A stretch of DNA of 64,000 nt from Eledone cirrhosa (GCA_964016885.1 OZ024741.1:201190001-201254000), one strand, 5' to 3'. Positions 13,181 through 27,630 are shown, counted from the first letter of the stretch. Notes: generated from the sequence alone by a model not told the origin. Translations and numbers: made by a program.

Positions 13181-14429
13181 AATGTATGTATGTGTTTCGA
13201 AGTTGTATATCAGTTTCGCACCATGATGGTTGATATTTTGCTTAGGGCACATCTTTTCACGGAGAAGAATTTTTCGGTTATATTCTATAAACCCGGGTAA
13301 GACCTGTTGCTGCTGCTAGTATGTTGAAGCTTAACTTATAACTTTTAATGTGCCACGTTTCAATAACCACGGTATTTCAACCGTGTTTCTTATATACCAG
13401 TATTTCCGGCTCTGATTTTCAGAAAGTTTGTTAGAATGGGGTCTGATGTATGTCTCACTTTCAATTACTTGTAATGAGAAAATAACTTTTTAAAAAAAGC
13501 ATAAAAAGTAGAAATTAGAAAAAGAAAAAAAAAAACATGACGGTTTAGCAAAATAAGAGTTGCGTTTCATTTCCTTTCTCTAGATGAAATTACACTTGTT
13601 CTTGACCGCATGAGATCATAGGTGAAATTAAATGATCGCTACGTTTAGATCCTTTTCAAGTAACTGAACTCCAATATGATACAGTATACCGTCTTGCTCT
13701 GATAAACGCAATGTCCTTCAAATAGATCTTTATTCATCAAAAGGTGCCTGTAGTCGATCAAGTTGTGAAATCGTTGAAAACCTATGTTTGTAGTATACGT
13801 TCATATACCAACATCTTTATATCATTGTCTGTCGGCTTGTAATGGTATGGGTATGCCATCGGTCTCGAAATGTTTTTTTTTAAAGCGTGACACATCTTAC
13901 TCTCCACTAATCTGCAATCCCATCTAAATGGTAACAATATTCCCCCCCCCCTCTCTCTCTTTCTCTCTCTCTATCATTAAAGGTTACTCCTTAACCCTTT
14001 AGCATTTATATTACTCTATATTTACTATTGTATTTTCATGGTAAATGCTTTACCTCACATAATATCTAACATAATACAAATCTATGAGATTTTGATATTA
14101 TTTATTTTGAGAACAACAGCTTAACAACAGTTTCAGTGGTTGGTTACATCCGGTTTCAACAGAAAGAGGAGAGAGAATTTTGGCTGAATATGGCTGGTTT
14201 AAATGCTAAAGAGTTAAGGTGTCTATTGTACCTTTATCATCTAAAAACAACAGAAAAAGAATGCCAATCCGTGCCGTTTCTGATTTTGTTGAAATCCATC
14301 TTAATTTACGTTATCAATGATTACACTACCTTTGTTCGTCCTAAACTTGAATGAAACCCAAAGCTGTCTTACTTTAAAGGCGATTACATCTATATAAATT
14401 CTTTATATCGTTTTATTTATATTTGTTCA

Positions 14430-14469
<40 letters not shown>

Positions 14470-14484
14470 CTCATACACAGTAGG

Positions 14485-14930
14485 TAATTGCACACTACCG
14501 TACATCTATGGAAGCATAAAGATTCCCAAACGTAATAAACCTCTCCCAAATACACACACACCAATACAAAATATCAGCTAGACGGAATCATGAACCAACA
14601 TACACTAGATGGCGTACCGTCAAAAGTTGTTTTCTTGAAGAAAATTAAAAAATTTTGCATAGAACTGTGAAAATCGGGAATGTTTCACCCGTGGGTATAG
14701 AAAGCTGCTTTACCAATGCCGATGTTAATGAAACTATAGAAACAATATTAGATAACTTTTATAAACACCCAGAAATAAAAGCACCTAATATTTTTCCTCG
14801 CGCCAAAAAGCATTCTCCCAAAGACCCTAGGTACCCTACCTAATTGAGGCTATATTCCGTTGCCCGAACGGAGTGGCAATGGAGTTTCTCCACCCAAGCC
14901 AAACGCTTTACATCCGATACGTTAGATTCC
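14485..14930 (+). mobile_element. Decayed PLE RT fragment
   Basis: PYIYGSIKIPK, IESCFTNADVNETIETILDN and NGVAM resemble PLE RT motifs. Confidence 0.55.
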
Positions 14931-14986
14931 ATCTTCAAATACAATATTCAGCACATTTCATTTCAAGAAAATCAGAACACCTAACT

Positions 14987-15090
<104 letters not shown>

Positions 15091-15098
15091 GTGTGTGT

Positions 15099-15385
15099 AG
15101 GCGCATGGCTTAGTGGTCAGGGAGTTGGATTCACAATCCTGTGGTTGTGAGTTCGATTCTCGGACCTGACGGTGCGTTATGTCCTTAAGCAAAGCACTTT
15201 ATTTTACGTTGCTCCCGTTCACTCAGCTATAGATATGAGTTGCGACATTACTGGTGCCAAACTGTATTGGCCTGTGCCTTTCCCTTGGGCGACATTGGTG
15301 ACGTCAAGACGTGAGACTAGAATGCATGGAGAGGCCTTTCTAAGTGCAAATCCCATGGTCATTTGTGATCGAAGAGGATCTTTAT
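15099..15385 (+). mobile_element. tRNA-derived SINE
   Basis: A box TGGCTTAGTGG, B box GAGTTCGATTC, body GTCCTTAAGCAAAGCACTT. Homologous to 49800-50075. Confidence 0.75.
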
Positions 15386-16881
15386 ATATGTGTGTATGCG
15401 AAAAGTAAAACGGAGAAACAAAGTACAATGAAGATATGTATTAGTTTAACGCTTGATATAGTAGAAAAAGAGTCTTAACGTTTCGGGTGTTAGTTCTTCA
15501 ACAGAAGATAAAATGAGAGATAAAATGTAAATAGAAAGATAAATGAGAATAAGAAGAGTGAGAAATGAAAAAAGTTTTGGGAAAGACAGCACGTGTGTGT
15601 TTAGTTAGCCAATTTGGTGAAGTAAGGGCCAGAATATACCTCAGATATAAGAGAGGTTTTGAAAAGGAAATAATCTATAAACTGTGTGTATGTGTGTGTT
15701 TGTGCAGAAAATTAAATAAACACTAATTGAAAATGGATACTGGAATAAGTTGGATAGACAAAGGTGTGAAAAATTACAAAAACAAATTCACCAGATATAA
15801 CATATACACCACACATAGATATAACATATACAACACACATAGATATAACATAACACACAATAAACTAGATAAATACGTTATTAAAAAAATCCATAAAGCA
15901 GAACACGGCATATATTACATTCGACTACAAGCTAACTGTAAGAACATATCACAAGAAACACCAGAATTAAAAACCCGCACGCCAGCACAAAACCAAAAGC
16001 CTATAAGCGACATGAGATATACATATTTCAAAGTAAACATGGAAGTTGTAAACTTTGCATCGGACATACAATTACAACACTTTCTCGCGCACTATCCACG
16101 GAGGCATTGCTGCAAAATACAATACAAGAAGCTAAAAAAAATTAGATAACAAAAAACATAGCTAATAACAATTATCCACAAAAAGTAAAAGATTAGCAAT
16201 GGGAATTTTTTTAATATCAAAATACAAACTAAAAATTAACACACAGATACAGCACCATAATAGAAATTAAGAACAGTTACTGGTCAATAATAGTAACTTA
16301 GCGATAAATAATTTAAAACCGAACTACTATGTTATCGACTCTATTATTCTTGTTGTCCGTTATAAAATAGCAGCAGTTATGTTTTCAATATAATATGTAT
16401 ACAAACGATATACATACATATATAACGTTTTTGTATTTCTTTCGCAATATTCTTGGTGTGAAATCGTGTGCTGGAACATATTGTTATACCTTTGGAGGGT
16501 CATATTGCCTATAAAAACACAGACACCAGTTGATTTTCACTTCGGTTTTATTGCGAATTAGCTAATTAATCCATTCCTCGGTTAATTTAGTAATCTAATT
16601 ATTAATCCGTTGTCAGAGTTGATTGTCAAAATTCTTTATCCAAATATTGTAACCTCTCAACGACTATTCTTGCTCCTATGTGACTCTTCTTTTTAATTTT
16701 GCTTTTGTTTTATTTGCTCCATCTTGTCTATCAGATGTGAAAATCGGGTGCTGCGTGTGTGGATGTAGAATGATACTACCAATGTATAACAATTTTATTT
16801 ATGTATATATATATATATAATCCTTATCGAACCGTCTTCGGATTTTAGTCTCCACATTTATTATTACTATATATATATATA

Positions 16882-17000
<119 letters not shown>

Positions 17001-18042
17001 GAGAGAGAGAGATGTGTGTATGTGCGCTCGTATATGTTTGAATGGGTATGAGAATGTATACATAAATTCTCTCGATATAGAGAGGGACGATATTGTAATC
17101 TAGAAAAATGTCCAACTCATGCGAGAGCAGAATACAACTTTAAATGGTTCGTTGGAAATCCTGGGTGTCTGGGTTCAGTCTGAATATTTGAATCGGAGAA
17201 ATAATTCATTCAAATTTATCTCACCAATTTCAGCCAACAATAAATTTCAACGTAAAATGTTATGGTTTTCTGTGGTCTATCAATGTGCCGCTGTGGACGT
17301 AGCATGGCTGAATGGCTAAGAAGTTTGGCTCGCAATCGTTAGGGCGTCTGCTCGGTTCCAATGTCATCATACCTTTGCGTTGACTCAAGCATTGTGTGTG
17401 ACATTGAGTTGACGAAACTGTTTGGAAGGCCATCGGATGGATTGTATCTGTATTTCAATGAGCCAGCTTTGTCAAGCACTGCATCACGCTTAATCTCCAT
17501 AATAATTACGTTATGTGTATATGGGAAATGCTCAGCTACGTACTTGTTAATCTTATGAGTTAACAGCTCCGTTGATCGAACATTTGGACACTCGTCGTTG
17601 AACATGATGGAGGTCCATTCCAGTTTATTGGCATAACTGTGAACTAAATTAATTCAATCAAAATGATGAAAATATTTCCTTGTAGCTGTTAAGTTTACGC
17701 GCCAAGTAGTTTCTTTTGGTTTTATTAACTAGAATCTTTTTCGTCACGCTACTTCGAGGGAGTGGAACTGACTTCCCATATAATTTCATCACTCATTAAT
17801 ATTGTATACCAATTCTCTAGGCAAGAGACATGAATACTTTCTGATGTTTCAAAATCAGTTTTCTTATATTTAACAGTCAAACAATATGTCCCTTTTATAT
17901 ATTTCTCAATTTAGAAATCCAGCAAAATATTTGAAATCTTTTATGTTAAGATACACAAACTCTCTTAAACAACATAAATACACTTCATTAGGAATTACGG
18001 TTACATAATACATACATACATGCGTGCGTGATGCATACATAC

Positions 18043-18073
<31 letters not shown>

Positions 18074-18115
18074 CATACATACATACATACATACATACAT
18101 ACATACATACATACA

Positions 18116-18684
18116 TGGTGGCTGCCAACTGGTTTTTGAGTACGGCCACTACTTTATATCCATGTAGGAGAACCCCTACGGATGCGCTGAACGAGTGTGA
18201 CTTTTTAGTCCAGCCAGCGATTTGAAAACTCTGGTACAAACACTACACTTTTGACAATTATTGACACACAGTGCAGGGCCCATGGTACCATGTGACGACA
18301 AGTGCAGAGAGATCTCCAGATATAAAGCAATGCCTGTGCCGTGAAGCTTTTATAGTGAGAAAAGGCACTGCACAAAGCCAGTCCCACTCTCTTAACCAAA
18401 ATGATATTTACCAAAAAGAAGAACAAGTCAACATCATTGGATACCATCAGGGTTGCAGGTGTTATATCAGAGTTTTCCTTCTCCTAGAATTCTGCCTTAA
18501 AGGCTAAGAGGTCATCTCTCCCGGTGATTTTGGATGACCCATTGACTCTTTAGAGCTCCTTTGCCCTTTGACAGGTTTTGTTTTTAGTCCTGCAGGATGT
18601 CCCAAGTCACCCTCCTCACCAAGAAACCTTGGTGGGGTTGCCAGTTTAGTCGCCAACGACCCGACCATGAGACAGGTTGTACTG

Positions 18685-18686
<2 letters not shown>
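18116..18686 (-). mobile_element. Same family, near-full-length copy within (CATA)n
   Basis: Near-identical to 3494-4065. Confidence 0.85.
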
Positions 18687-18715
<29 letters not shown>

Positions 18716-18757
18716 CATACATACATACATACATACATACATACATACATACATACA

Positions 18758-19030
18758 TGATGGCCGCCCCCTCTTTATCGAGTATGGCCATTGCACGATG
18801 TAACATGATTAATGCTATCGTGCAATGCCTGTGCATGAAGATTTTTTTTAAAGGGAGGAAAGACTGCACTGAGCCAATCCCACTTTCTGAGCGACAGTAG
18901 CTGTAACCCGAAAAGAAGAAAAGATCAACATTATCGGTAACTACTGAGCCGTAGGTTTTATGTCGGAGTTATCCCAGTTTCCTGAGTTGCCTTCTCCAAG
19001 AAGAATGCCCTGACAAAGGCTATGGGTCCT
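18758..19030 (-). mobile_element. Same family (diverged subfamily), truncated
   Basis: GATGGCCGC...TCGAGTATGGCCA, CCAATCCCACT and TGACAAAGGCTA motifs are shared with other copies. Confidence 0.7.
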
Positions 19031-19109
19031 TCACTGTCAGTGGTTTAACCACGCGATCGGCTATCCAGCCCGATTATTTCTATGTCCCCGCACATATACA
19101 TACACATGA

Positions 19110-19175
<66 letters not shown>

Positions 19176-19335
19176 AAATGTGGAGAGGAAGCACACGAGT
19201 TAGGAAATATATATATATATGAAAACAGGGAGAAACAGACGATTATTAGGAAGAAAAAAATTTTGTTTTCTTTTTTTATTTCTCTCTTTCTTTTTTTCTG
19301 GGTTAGAAAATGATTAAAAATAAATGTTTTAGTGT

Positions 19336-19446
<111 letters not shown>

Positions 19447-19979
19447 TTTAGTGTTAAGGTATTAGTTGATTTATTTATTCACTAACAATGGCATTTATTT
19501 ATCTATTTATATATTTAATAATTGTCTATTACCGGTTTCAGCATTTTTATGCATTATCAAATGGTAGTGATATGTATTAGTGTGGTGTCGCACATGTTAA
19601 AGAGAAGATGCAGAAAGAATAATGTTATTTACAAACAAGGTTTATGAAGTGAAAAGAAAAAAGAAAAAAAACGGGCGTAATGTAGAGCGTAAAAAGTCAA
19701 TGTGAAAGAAGAAATAATGTTATTTACAGGCATAGTTCTTGAAGTTAAGCATATCAAAATGTGTTAATATAGGAAGAGTGCTTAGTTGATCCATGATTCC
19801 ATGATGGAGGCAAATGGTGGACTGAGGTTTGCACACCATATTACAACAGCAGGGGCCAATACAACTATAAGAGACATCCAAACTTCAACAGCCATCACAA
19901 CTTCCGTAATCATTTTTTAGACACAGCATACAGACACAGGATAACAAGATAACACAAAACTCACAGGAGACACAAAATG

Positions 19980-22150
19980 CAATAAAAATTGTCAATTTAA
20001 CCTCTAAAGAATTAACAATAAACCAAATCAACATACTCTCCAAAGGTCTACAATTTACACCAAGTCCCCAACAACCAAAATACCCCGATATCTTTCTGCA
20101 ATATCCGATATACTACCCCGATATACTACTTCAATATCTTCATGAAGGAAGATATTGCAGAATTCTGTAGAAAACTAAGACTCAGCGAACAACTATACGA
20201 CAAATACAATGAGGATGACTCAATAACCAGAAATAGAAGCAACTACACCCCACCAAAAGGCAAGAACAAATTCCTCGATCAATTCTGCGAACAGATTACT
20301 AATAAAGGGAGTGCAGTAGTTCTTATGGAGACAAATTATTACACAACTCTAGTACTCTCAACTCTAGAAAACCAAACATATTATGAAAAGGCCCAACACT
20401 ACATACAACAGAAAATAATGAGTAACCTAAAATCCCTAACAACCCTTTACAAAGAAGGCCTTACAGACAAGGAATACAACTACATCACCAATTTCAAAAG
20501 CAGAACCAGCCTCTCCTGCGGTATCCCAAAGACACACACAAGCGAAGTAATAGGTAGGGCCTGCAAGCAAGCCACAGACAGTTACATCAATATAGCCCCT
20601 CCTGATGACCTTAAATTAAGACCCATAATAGCAGGCACCACATGTGAAACCCACCGCCTAAGCAACTTCCTAGATATTCTGCTTAAACCTTTCCTAAAAC
20701 ACATAAAAAGCTTCATAAGGGACGACCTTGACATGCTCAACCACCTCCCAACAACACTCAATAATGAATATACCCTACTAGTTACCTTTGATGTCATCAA
20801 TTTATATTCCAATACCCACACAACCTAGGTATAGAGGCAATACAATTTTGGCTTGAAAATTTCCTAGGGAACTCCGACAGCGCATCCCTAAAGAATTTGT
20901 GTTGGAGGGACTCAAATTCATCTTGGAAAACAATTTCTTCGAATTCAATGCCAAATACTACAGACAGAAATCTGGGGCTGCCATGGGCCATACGCCAACC
21001 TTGTCATGAGATATTTGGAAACCACTATCTACCGCAAAGTTCTAGACAAATACGGTAACCACTTCTACCAACACCTAGAAAAGAACTGGAAGAGATATAT
21101 GGATGACTGCTTCATCCTCTGGCATGAACGTATAGATAGACTGTTTGAGTTTAAAACCCTTCTGAATGGACTCAACACAAACTTACAACAATTCACAATG
21201 GTATACAGCCATGAACAACTCCCTTTCCTCGACATCCTCATCAAGAAAACAAGCAACACAATAGAAAGTGACATATACTACAAACCCACAGACTCCAAAC
21301 AGTACCTCCCATTCAACTCGTGCCACCCTAGACACACCAAAATGGAAATTCCTTATAACCTAGCCAGAAGGATCTGCACAATAGTTTCAGATAAATACAC
21401 ATGCTACACACGACTAGAAGAATTAAAAAACACACTTATCAGCATAAACTATCCACCATCCCTAATCAACAATGGATTCCAACGTGCCCTAAAACTAGAC
21501 ATCCAGGAACTCAGACACCCTAAACCCAGGAATGAACCGCAACAAAAACTCTACCATACATCTCCACACACAACCCCCTCAACAATGAGGCATTCGACAC
21601 CATCCTCCAGAACATTCCTTTACTAAAAAGAGACCCAAGAATGAACAAAATCCTCCAAACACACAATATCATAAAGAGCAAAAGACAACCTAAGTTCATA
21701 AAAAACATCCTCACACAAGCCAAAATCCAACAAACCCTCACAATGAACCCTACAGTAACAAAATGCGGAAGGCCCAACTGTGGTATATGCATAAATCTAA
21801 TAGAAGGTTCAACATTCCATTTTAAACAAGGACAACATTTCACAGTTAAACACAACTTTACATGTGCATCTGAAAACCAAATCTATGTTTTGACCTGCTC
21901 AGGTTGTCAAGAGCACTACATAGGACAGACAAAAAACAGCCTCCGTCAACGTATGACAGTCCATAAATCACAAATTAAAATACAGGAATACAGAAAGATT
22001 GCATTTAGTGAACATATCGCCAATTGTGCACACAACCAACATCCAAACTTTAAAACTTTCCCCATTTACAAATTCATAGACAACGCTACTTTCATCCATC
22101 GTAACCAATTCCAACCTCGACTTAATGCACTAATTATCGGACCAAACTAA
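19980..22150 (+). pseudogene. PLE reverse transcriptase plus GIY-YIG endonuclease, frameshifted
   Basis: Motifs seen across ORFs 20142-20828, 21006-21626 and 21641-22150: LSKGLQFTP, KLRPIIAG, TFDVINLYSN, GAAMG, KRYMDDCF, LPFLDI, YYKPTD...SCHP, Cys linker CGRPNCGIC and IYVLTCSGCQEHYIGQT. Confidence 0.93.
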
Positions 22151-22555
22151 AACTGCAACAAACAATCAAACATTTACAAGTGTTACCTGCCTCACACCCT
22201 ACCTAATCCTTTTTCTTATATAAATTAAATATCATCCAGCAAGAATTGCTTCCCCCTGCATATTAACTCTCTAAAAAGGGAAATCATATCAAACCTCAGT
22301 CCACCATTTGCCTCCATCATGGAATCATGGATCAACTAAGCACTCTTGCTATATTAACACATTTTGATCTGCTTAACTTCAAGAACTATGCCTGTAAATA
22401 ACATTATTTCTTCTTTCACATTGACTTTTTATGCTCTACATTACGCCCGTTTTTTTTTTCTTTTTTCTTTTCACTTCATAAACCTTGTTTGTAAATAACA
22501 TTATTCTTTCTGCACCTTCTCTTTAACACGTGCGACACCGCACTAATACATATCA

Positions 22556-22597
22556 CTATCATTTGATAATGCATAAAAATGCTGAAACCGGTAATAG
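22556..22597 (+). ncRNA. Hammerhead-like motif (U3:A8 variant) in the PLE pseudo-LTR; inverted copy at ~19526-19567
   Basis: TTGATAA-T-GCAT AAAA ATGC-T-GAAA-CCGG-TA-ATAG. P3 is palindromic, but P1 is weak. Confidence 0.55.
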
Positions 22598-22788
22598 ACA
22601 ATTATTAAATATATAAATAGATAAATAAATGCCATTGTTAGATAATAAATAAATCAACTAATACCTTAACACTTCACACAAAGTAAAACATTTATTTTTA
22701 ATCATTTTCTAACCCAGAAAAAATAGTGAGAGACATAAAAAAGGAATAAAATATATTTTCTTCCTAATAATCGTCTCTTTCTCCCTGT

Positions 22789-22853
<65 letters not shown>

Positions 22854-22883
22854 CATGCATAGATGTATATACATATTTATACA

Positions 22884-23078
22884 TTTTTGGATGACTGTTG
22901 ACTCATGAGTTCTTCCGCCCTTTGTCAGGCTTTGTTTTTTGTCCTGCAGGGTGTCCAGAATCACCCTCCTCAACTTGGTGAGGTTACCTATTTACCGATT
23001 TAGTCGCCGAGGACCCGACCATGCGACAGGTTGTACTGGGTTACATGTTGCCAGTAACACTCAAGAGTGACCCGACAT
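22884..23078 (-). mobile_element. Same family, terminal fragment
   Basis: GACCCGACCATGCGACAGGTTGTACTGGG...GTGACCCGACAT followed by (CATA)n. Confidence 0.7.
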
Positions 23079-23169
23079 AACATACATGCATACATACATA
23101 CATACATACATACATACATACATACATACATACATACATACATACATACATACATACATACATACATAC

Positions 23170-24480
23170 CGCCTTTACTTGAAACGTAAGCAGGGAGGCA
23201 GAGGCCTAACATCAGTCCAGACAACATTTGAATGTCGCATCATATCTCTCCGACAACATCTACGAACCTCGAAGCGTAGGAGCCCGTTTCTTGAGCAAGT
23301 CTATCTGAATGAAACAGATAAGATTATGAGAGTTGGGAAGGAACTCCTCGAGAGATATTCCCTGCGTGATAATCAAAAACTCACACCCAGGGATGTCGCT
23401 CAGCAGTATCGCAGTGAATCCATGGATGAAAAACTGCATGCCTATCAGCAAAAAATCATGCATGGATATGTTGCCAGGAAGCTCCAGAGTGAGAGTAATA
23501 TTGATAAGGAAAGTAGTCTATCTTGGACCAACAACCACTATATTGACTCCCACTTTGAAGAATGCGCTTTTGCAATCCAGGAACAGGAGATTAGCACGAA
23601 ATACCTGATTCACAAAAGAGATAGGGATGCAGGCAAAACACCTAGATGCGATAACAAGTGCAGACTCTGCAGAACTAACATCGAGGATATCACCCATGTC
23701 ATCAGCAGTTGTCCAAAGATGTCATCGCGGTACTATCTACCTATGAGGCATGATGTAGTGGCCAAAACACTGTACAATGCAATCCGTAAGAAAGATAGCC
23801 CCGATAATAAACACATTAAAAGCTACAACAATGTGGAAGACATCCATGTACATAATATGAAAGAGTACTGGTGGAATGTTCCAGTAAAAACCTCAATAAA
23901 ATGCAGGCATAACAGACCAGATATTATGATATGGGACAGGGAGAAGAAAGCATGCACAGTAGTGGAAATTAGCTGCCCAGCAGATGCCAATATAATATCA
24001 AAGATTAGTGAAAAGGTGAATATTTATGCAGAACTGATGAGAAATATGCAGATACTCCACCCTGATTACACTTTCAGATTTATGCCTGTGATTATTGGGG
24101 CACTGGGATATGTTAGTAACTGCCCCAATACAAATCTTGAGAAGCTAGGCTTCACAGGAACAGAAAGAACACAACTAGTTAGGAAATTACAAGTACAATC
24201 CATTAATGGAACAGTAAAAATATGTAAACATTCCAAACATTTTGTATCTAATAACTGCATATACACATATACAGATGCAAAGCATATACACATGCACACA
24301 TACAACTCAAAACATACACATCCACACATACAATAACATCCATATCTACACATGCATGCATATATACATATCTACCTAGTTGATGTTGTGTAAATTCCAA
24401 TGAGAGAGACTTGTGTCTATGTTAGAAACCGACTCTCTCTCTATTGGTAAAACTTTGTGAAATTATAAAACCAGAAGAAT
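23170..24480 (+). mobile_element. R4/Dong-like non-LTR retrotransposon with restriction-like endonuclease, 5'-truncated, inserted in (TACA)n
   Basis: In ORF 23086-24336: RLYLKRKQGGRGL, CCHC knuckle CRLC..E..THVISSC, RHD, RPDIMIWD...VVEISCP and PVIIGALG. (CATA)n lies on both sides. Confidence 0.9.
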
Positions 24481-25719
24481 ATACATACATACATACATAC
24501 ATATACATACATATTTTTGGCCGATAGTTCTTTCTTATCTACTCTATTCCCTTGAAGTGTATTTTGCTGAAAATATTTACTGTATGTAACAAGGTGTGTT
24601 TCAAACTGTTCCCCCGCAGCTAATAACATCTAGAATTTAACCAACCACATGTATGATATTCGCATTGTTTATTCTACTATTTCCTATCCTAAATTTCCGT
24701 TATTCTCTTGGCTTCCATGTCTATTCCTCACTCAATTTTACTCGTTCCCCATATCCTTAGTTTTCCTCTACCTATTCTGGTCCTTGTAGTTTATTGATAT
24801 TTCCATAGTTTATATTATTCAATTCATTTATCTATCAATTAAGCGTAGAAATAAACGTTTCCTATTTTCATTTTAACGACCGTTTTCACTTTTCAATTTT
24901 TGTCTCTTAATTAATTTTTCATGATATTTCTTGAGACAGCATTTATTCTTTTGTTGTTGTTGTAGCTATTGTTATTGTCGTTGTACTAATTTTCTCAAAC
25001 CCGGGATAATGAAAGATATGAATAATGATTTCTAATTTAGGCATAAGGCCAGCAAATTTTTGCGGCAGTAGTCAAATAAATCACAATATTTAACTGGTAC
25101 TTTATTTTATCTACCCCGGAAGAAAGAGAAGCAAAGTTAACTTCGTCAGGATTTTAAAAGATAACGATAAAAAGCTGTTAAATACTGATGGAATCGTTGA
25201 GTCACCGTCCTGACATTTTCAACATGGCGGAACACGTCTCTCTACAGATCGGAACGCAGTCGATTTGTTTCTAGATATGGAGGGAGAGATAGAGGAAGAA
25301 TCGATTACAGTAATGGAGTGGTACTTTATTTATCGATCTTGAAAGAATGAATGGCAAAGTAGACATCGGCAACTTAATGCCACAAAGCATTTTGTCCACT
25401 GCTCTAGTGACTCTGCTAATCCAACGCTCTTATAATGATTTCTAATTAAGACACAAGACTTGAGCAAGAAGAAAGTCGATTATTGAGTCCCGTACTTTAC
25501 TGGCACTTTATTTTATTGAGCCTAGAAAGATAAAAGGAAACGTTGAACTCAGAGCGTAATGGTACGTATTTGAATGCCACAAAGCATTTTTTTCCGATGC
25601 GCTACCGACTCAGCCAACCCACCGCACTGAAAGGTATCAATAATATCACGGAAACGATGTCTTCCAATTACAATATCCTCTTCGCCATTGTCACTTCCGC
25701 TTATCGACAGCGACAGCGA

Positions 25720-26405
25720 CATGTTGTTCTTCGCCCACATATTCCTGAAAAGCTCGTGGGGGCATAGCCCTGAAACACTCCTTCCAGCGGGTCCTGTCAG
25801 AAGCAACTGTCTCCAACTGATCCGACTGGATCCCCAAGCTCATGGACGTTATCCAACCATCTTATTCGGGGTCTACCCCTGGGTCTCCCGCCAGTTGGTT
25901 TTGCCCATAAAATCGTTCCAGCGATACTTTCTTCAGACATTCTTACCATATGCCCATAGTATCGGAGCTGTGATCTCTCAATTCAGAGAAATAGAGGCTC
26001 TATCTGGAGTAGCTCTCGCTTTTCCGAGCTAAGCACTCTATCGAGTAAGGTTACTTTAAAGACCATTCGGAGGAACCCCATTTCGGCCGCTTGTATTCAT
26101 GATCGTATTCTTTCGGTTATTACTGACCATAGGTAAGGGTTGGTACGAATACCGAATTGAAGACAGCGAGTTTGGCTTTTAACCTACCTCTTTTCTTCTT
26201 ATTACTAAATGCTGCAGCTGGCGCATTACTACACCAGCTCCTGCAATTCTTGCACTTAATTACGCCTCCTGCTTTCCATCACTCATGAACACGCCCCCGA
26301 ATTACTTGAACTTCTCGACCTGCTTCACTGTAGAGTGCACTGCGCAGGCTTCCTTGAGAGGTCGGCCTCAGTTTTCGCAGCACTGATTTTCATTCCAGCC
26401 ATGTC
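25720..26405 (-). mobile_element. 3' part of the same RTE-type LINE family
   Basis: The reverse complement aligns to ~2100-2660 (GGAATGAAAATCAGTGCTGCGAA, GATTTTATGGGCAAAACCAACTGG) and to 34700-34968. Confidence 0.8.
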
Positions 26406-26411
26406 AACTAT

Positions 26412-26798
26412 GTAATTGTTTCTACTTTTGGCACAAGGCCAGCAATTATCCCAGTGCATTACTGGTACTTTCTTTTATCGGCCCATAAGGATGAAAGACA
26501 AAGTTAACCTCGGCGGGATTTGAACTCAGACCGTAAAGGGGCATAACTCTATGCTGGAAAGCATGGCGTCCGACCCTCCACCGATACTGTCAATCCACCG
26601 CCCAACTATATAATTGTTTCTACTTTAGGCACAAGGCCAGCAATTACCCAGTACATTACTGGTACTTTATTTTATCGACCCCGTAAGGATGAAAGGCAAA
26701 GTTAACCTCGGCGGGTTTGAACTCAGACTGTAAAGGGACGTAACTATGCTAGAAAGCATGGCGTCCAACCCTCTACCGATACTGCCAATTCACCGCCC
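26412..26798 (-). mobile_element. Two tandem copies of an abundant tRNA-derived SINE
   Basis: Core GGTACTTTATTTTATCGACCCCGTAAGGATGAAAGGCAAAGTTAACCTCGGCGGG...TGAACTCAG occurs twice (~26412-26603 and ~26611-26798). Confidence 0.8.
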
Positions 26799-27630
26799 TC
26801 CGCCCAACTATACAATACCACATCACTAGCTTCTGCCTCATTTTTCATTCCTTGTCTTTCTTTTTTTAATCACGCTCTTTCTCTCTCCCGCTCTATATAT
26901 TTCCTATTCTTTCAGTTAACTTTAGCTTTATGCTTCGATGTCATTCGTTACACTTTGATGTCGTTTGAAATCCAAATGAGACACTTAATATCTATCAATT
27001 ACATTTCTATTTAAGGTTATATTTATTCAATTTCTCTGTAACTTAAAATTTGTTGTTGTTTTTTTATCTTTTGTTTATTTATTTTTACATGCAATAAGAA
27101 TGATTTTATTTTCAGTAATGATTTAATTCCTAACACTACCTATTCTAATAAAAGACATTCTATAAAGAATTGAAATATTTAAAGAAGAGGATGAAATGTT
27201 ATCTTTAAATATAGTTTGAAGTGAATTAAAAATGTTGTCACGTTCACTTAATCCCATGTTCTTATACTGTATAAGATGCATGGATTAGTTATATTGTATC
27301 TATTATTTATGCAATTAAATAATGTTTTATATTATCTTGGTAAATTAGGTAGAATATTGTAGAATATTGACCGTTCACATGTAGCGCAGTACATAAGACA
27401 CCATGCTGCTATAAACGTGTCTGAAAAAAAAATAAATTCGTACTTCAAATATACCTTTCCAAGAGAAATTGGATAACGTACTATTCACCTGAATATGTTT
27501 TAATTAAGGACATTTCTGGTACATTTATAGTTATTTTTAAACCTGGGCAACGTCAACTATTCTGCTACTAAACATCATTATCAACATCACCGCAATTTTC
27601 GTCCATTATCTATTGTTTTATGGGTTAAAC

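Noticed and set aside
15099-15170. tRNA gene
   Set aside because: A and B boxes are present but there is no proper cloverleaf. It continues into a SINE body shared with 49800.
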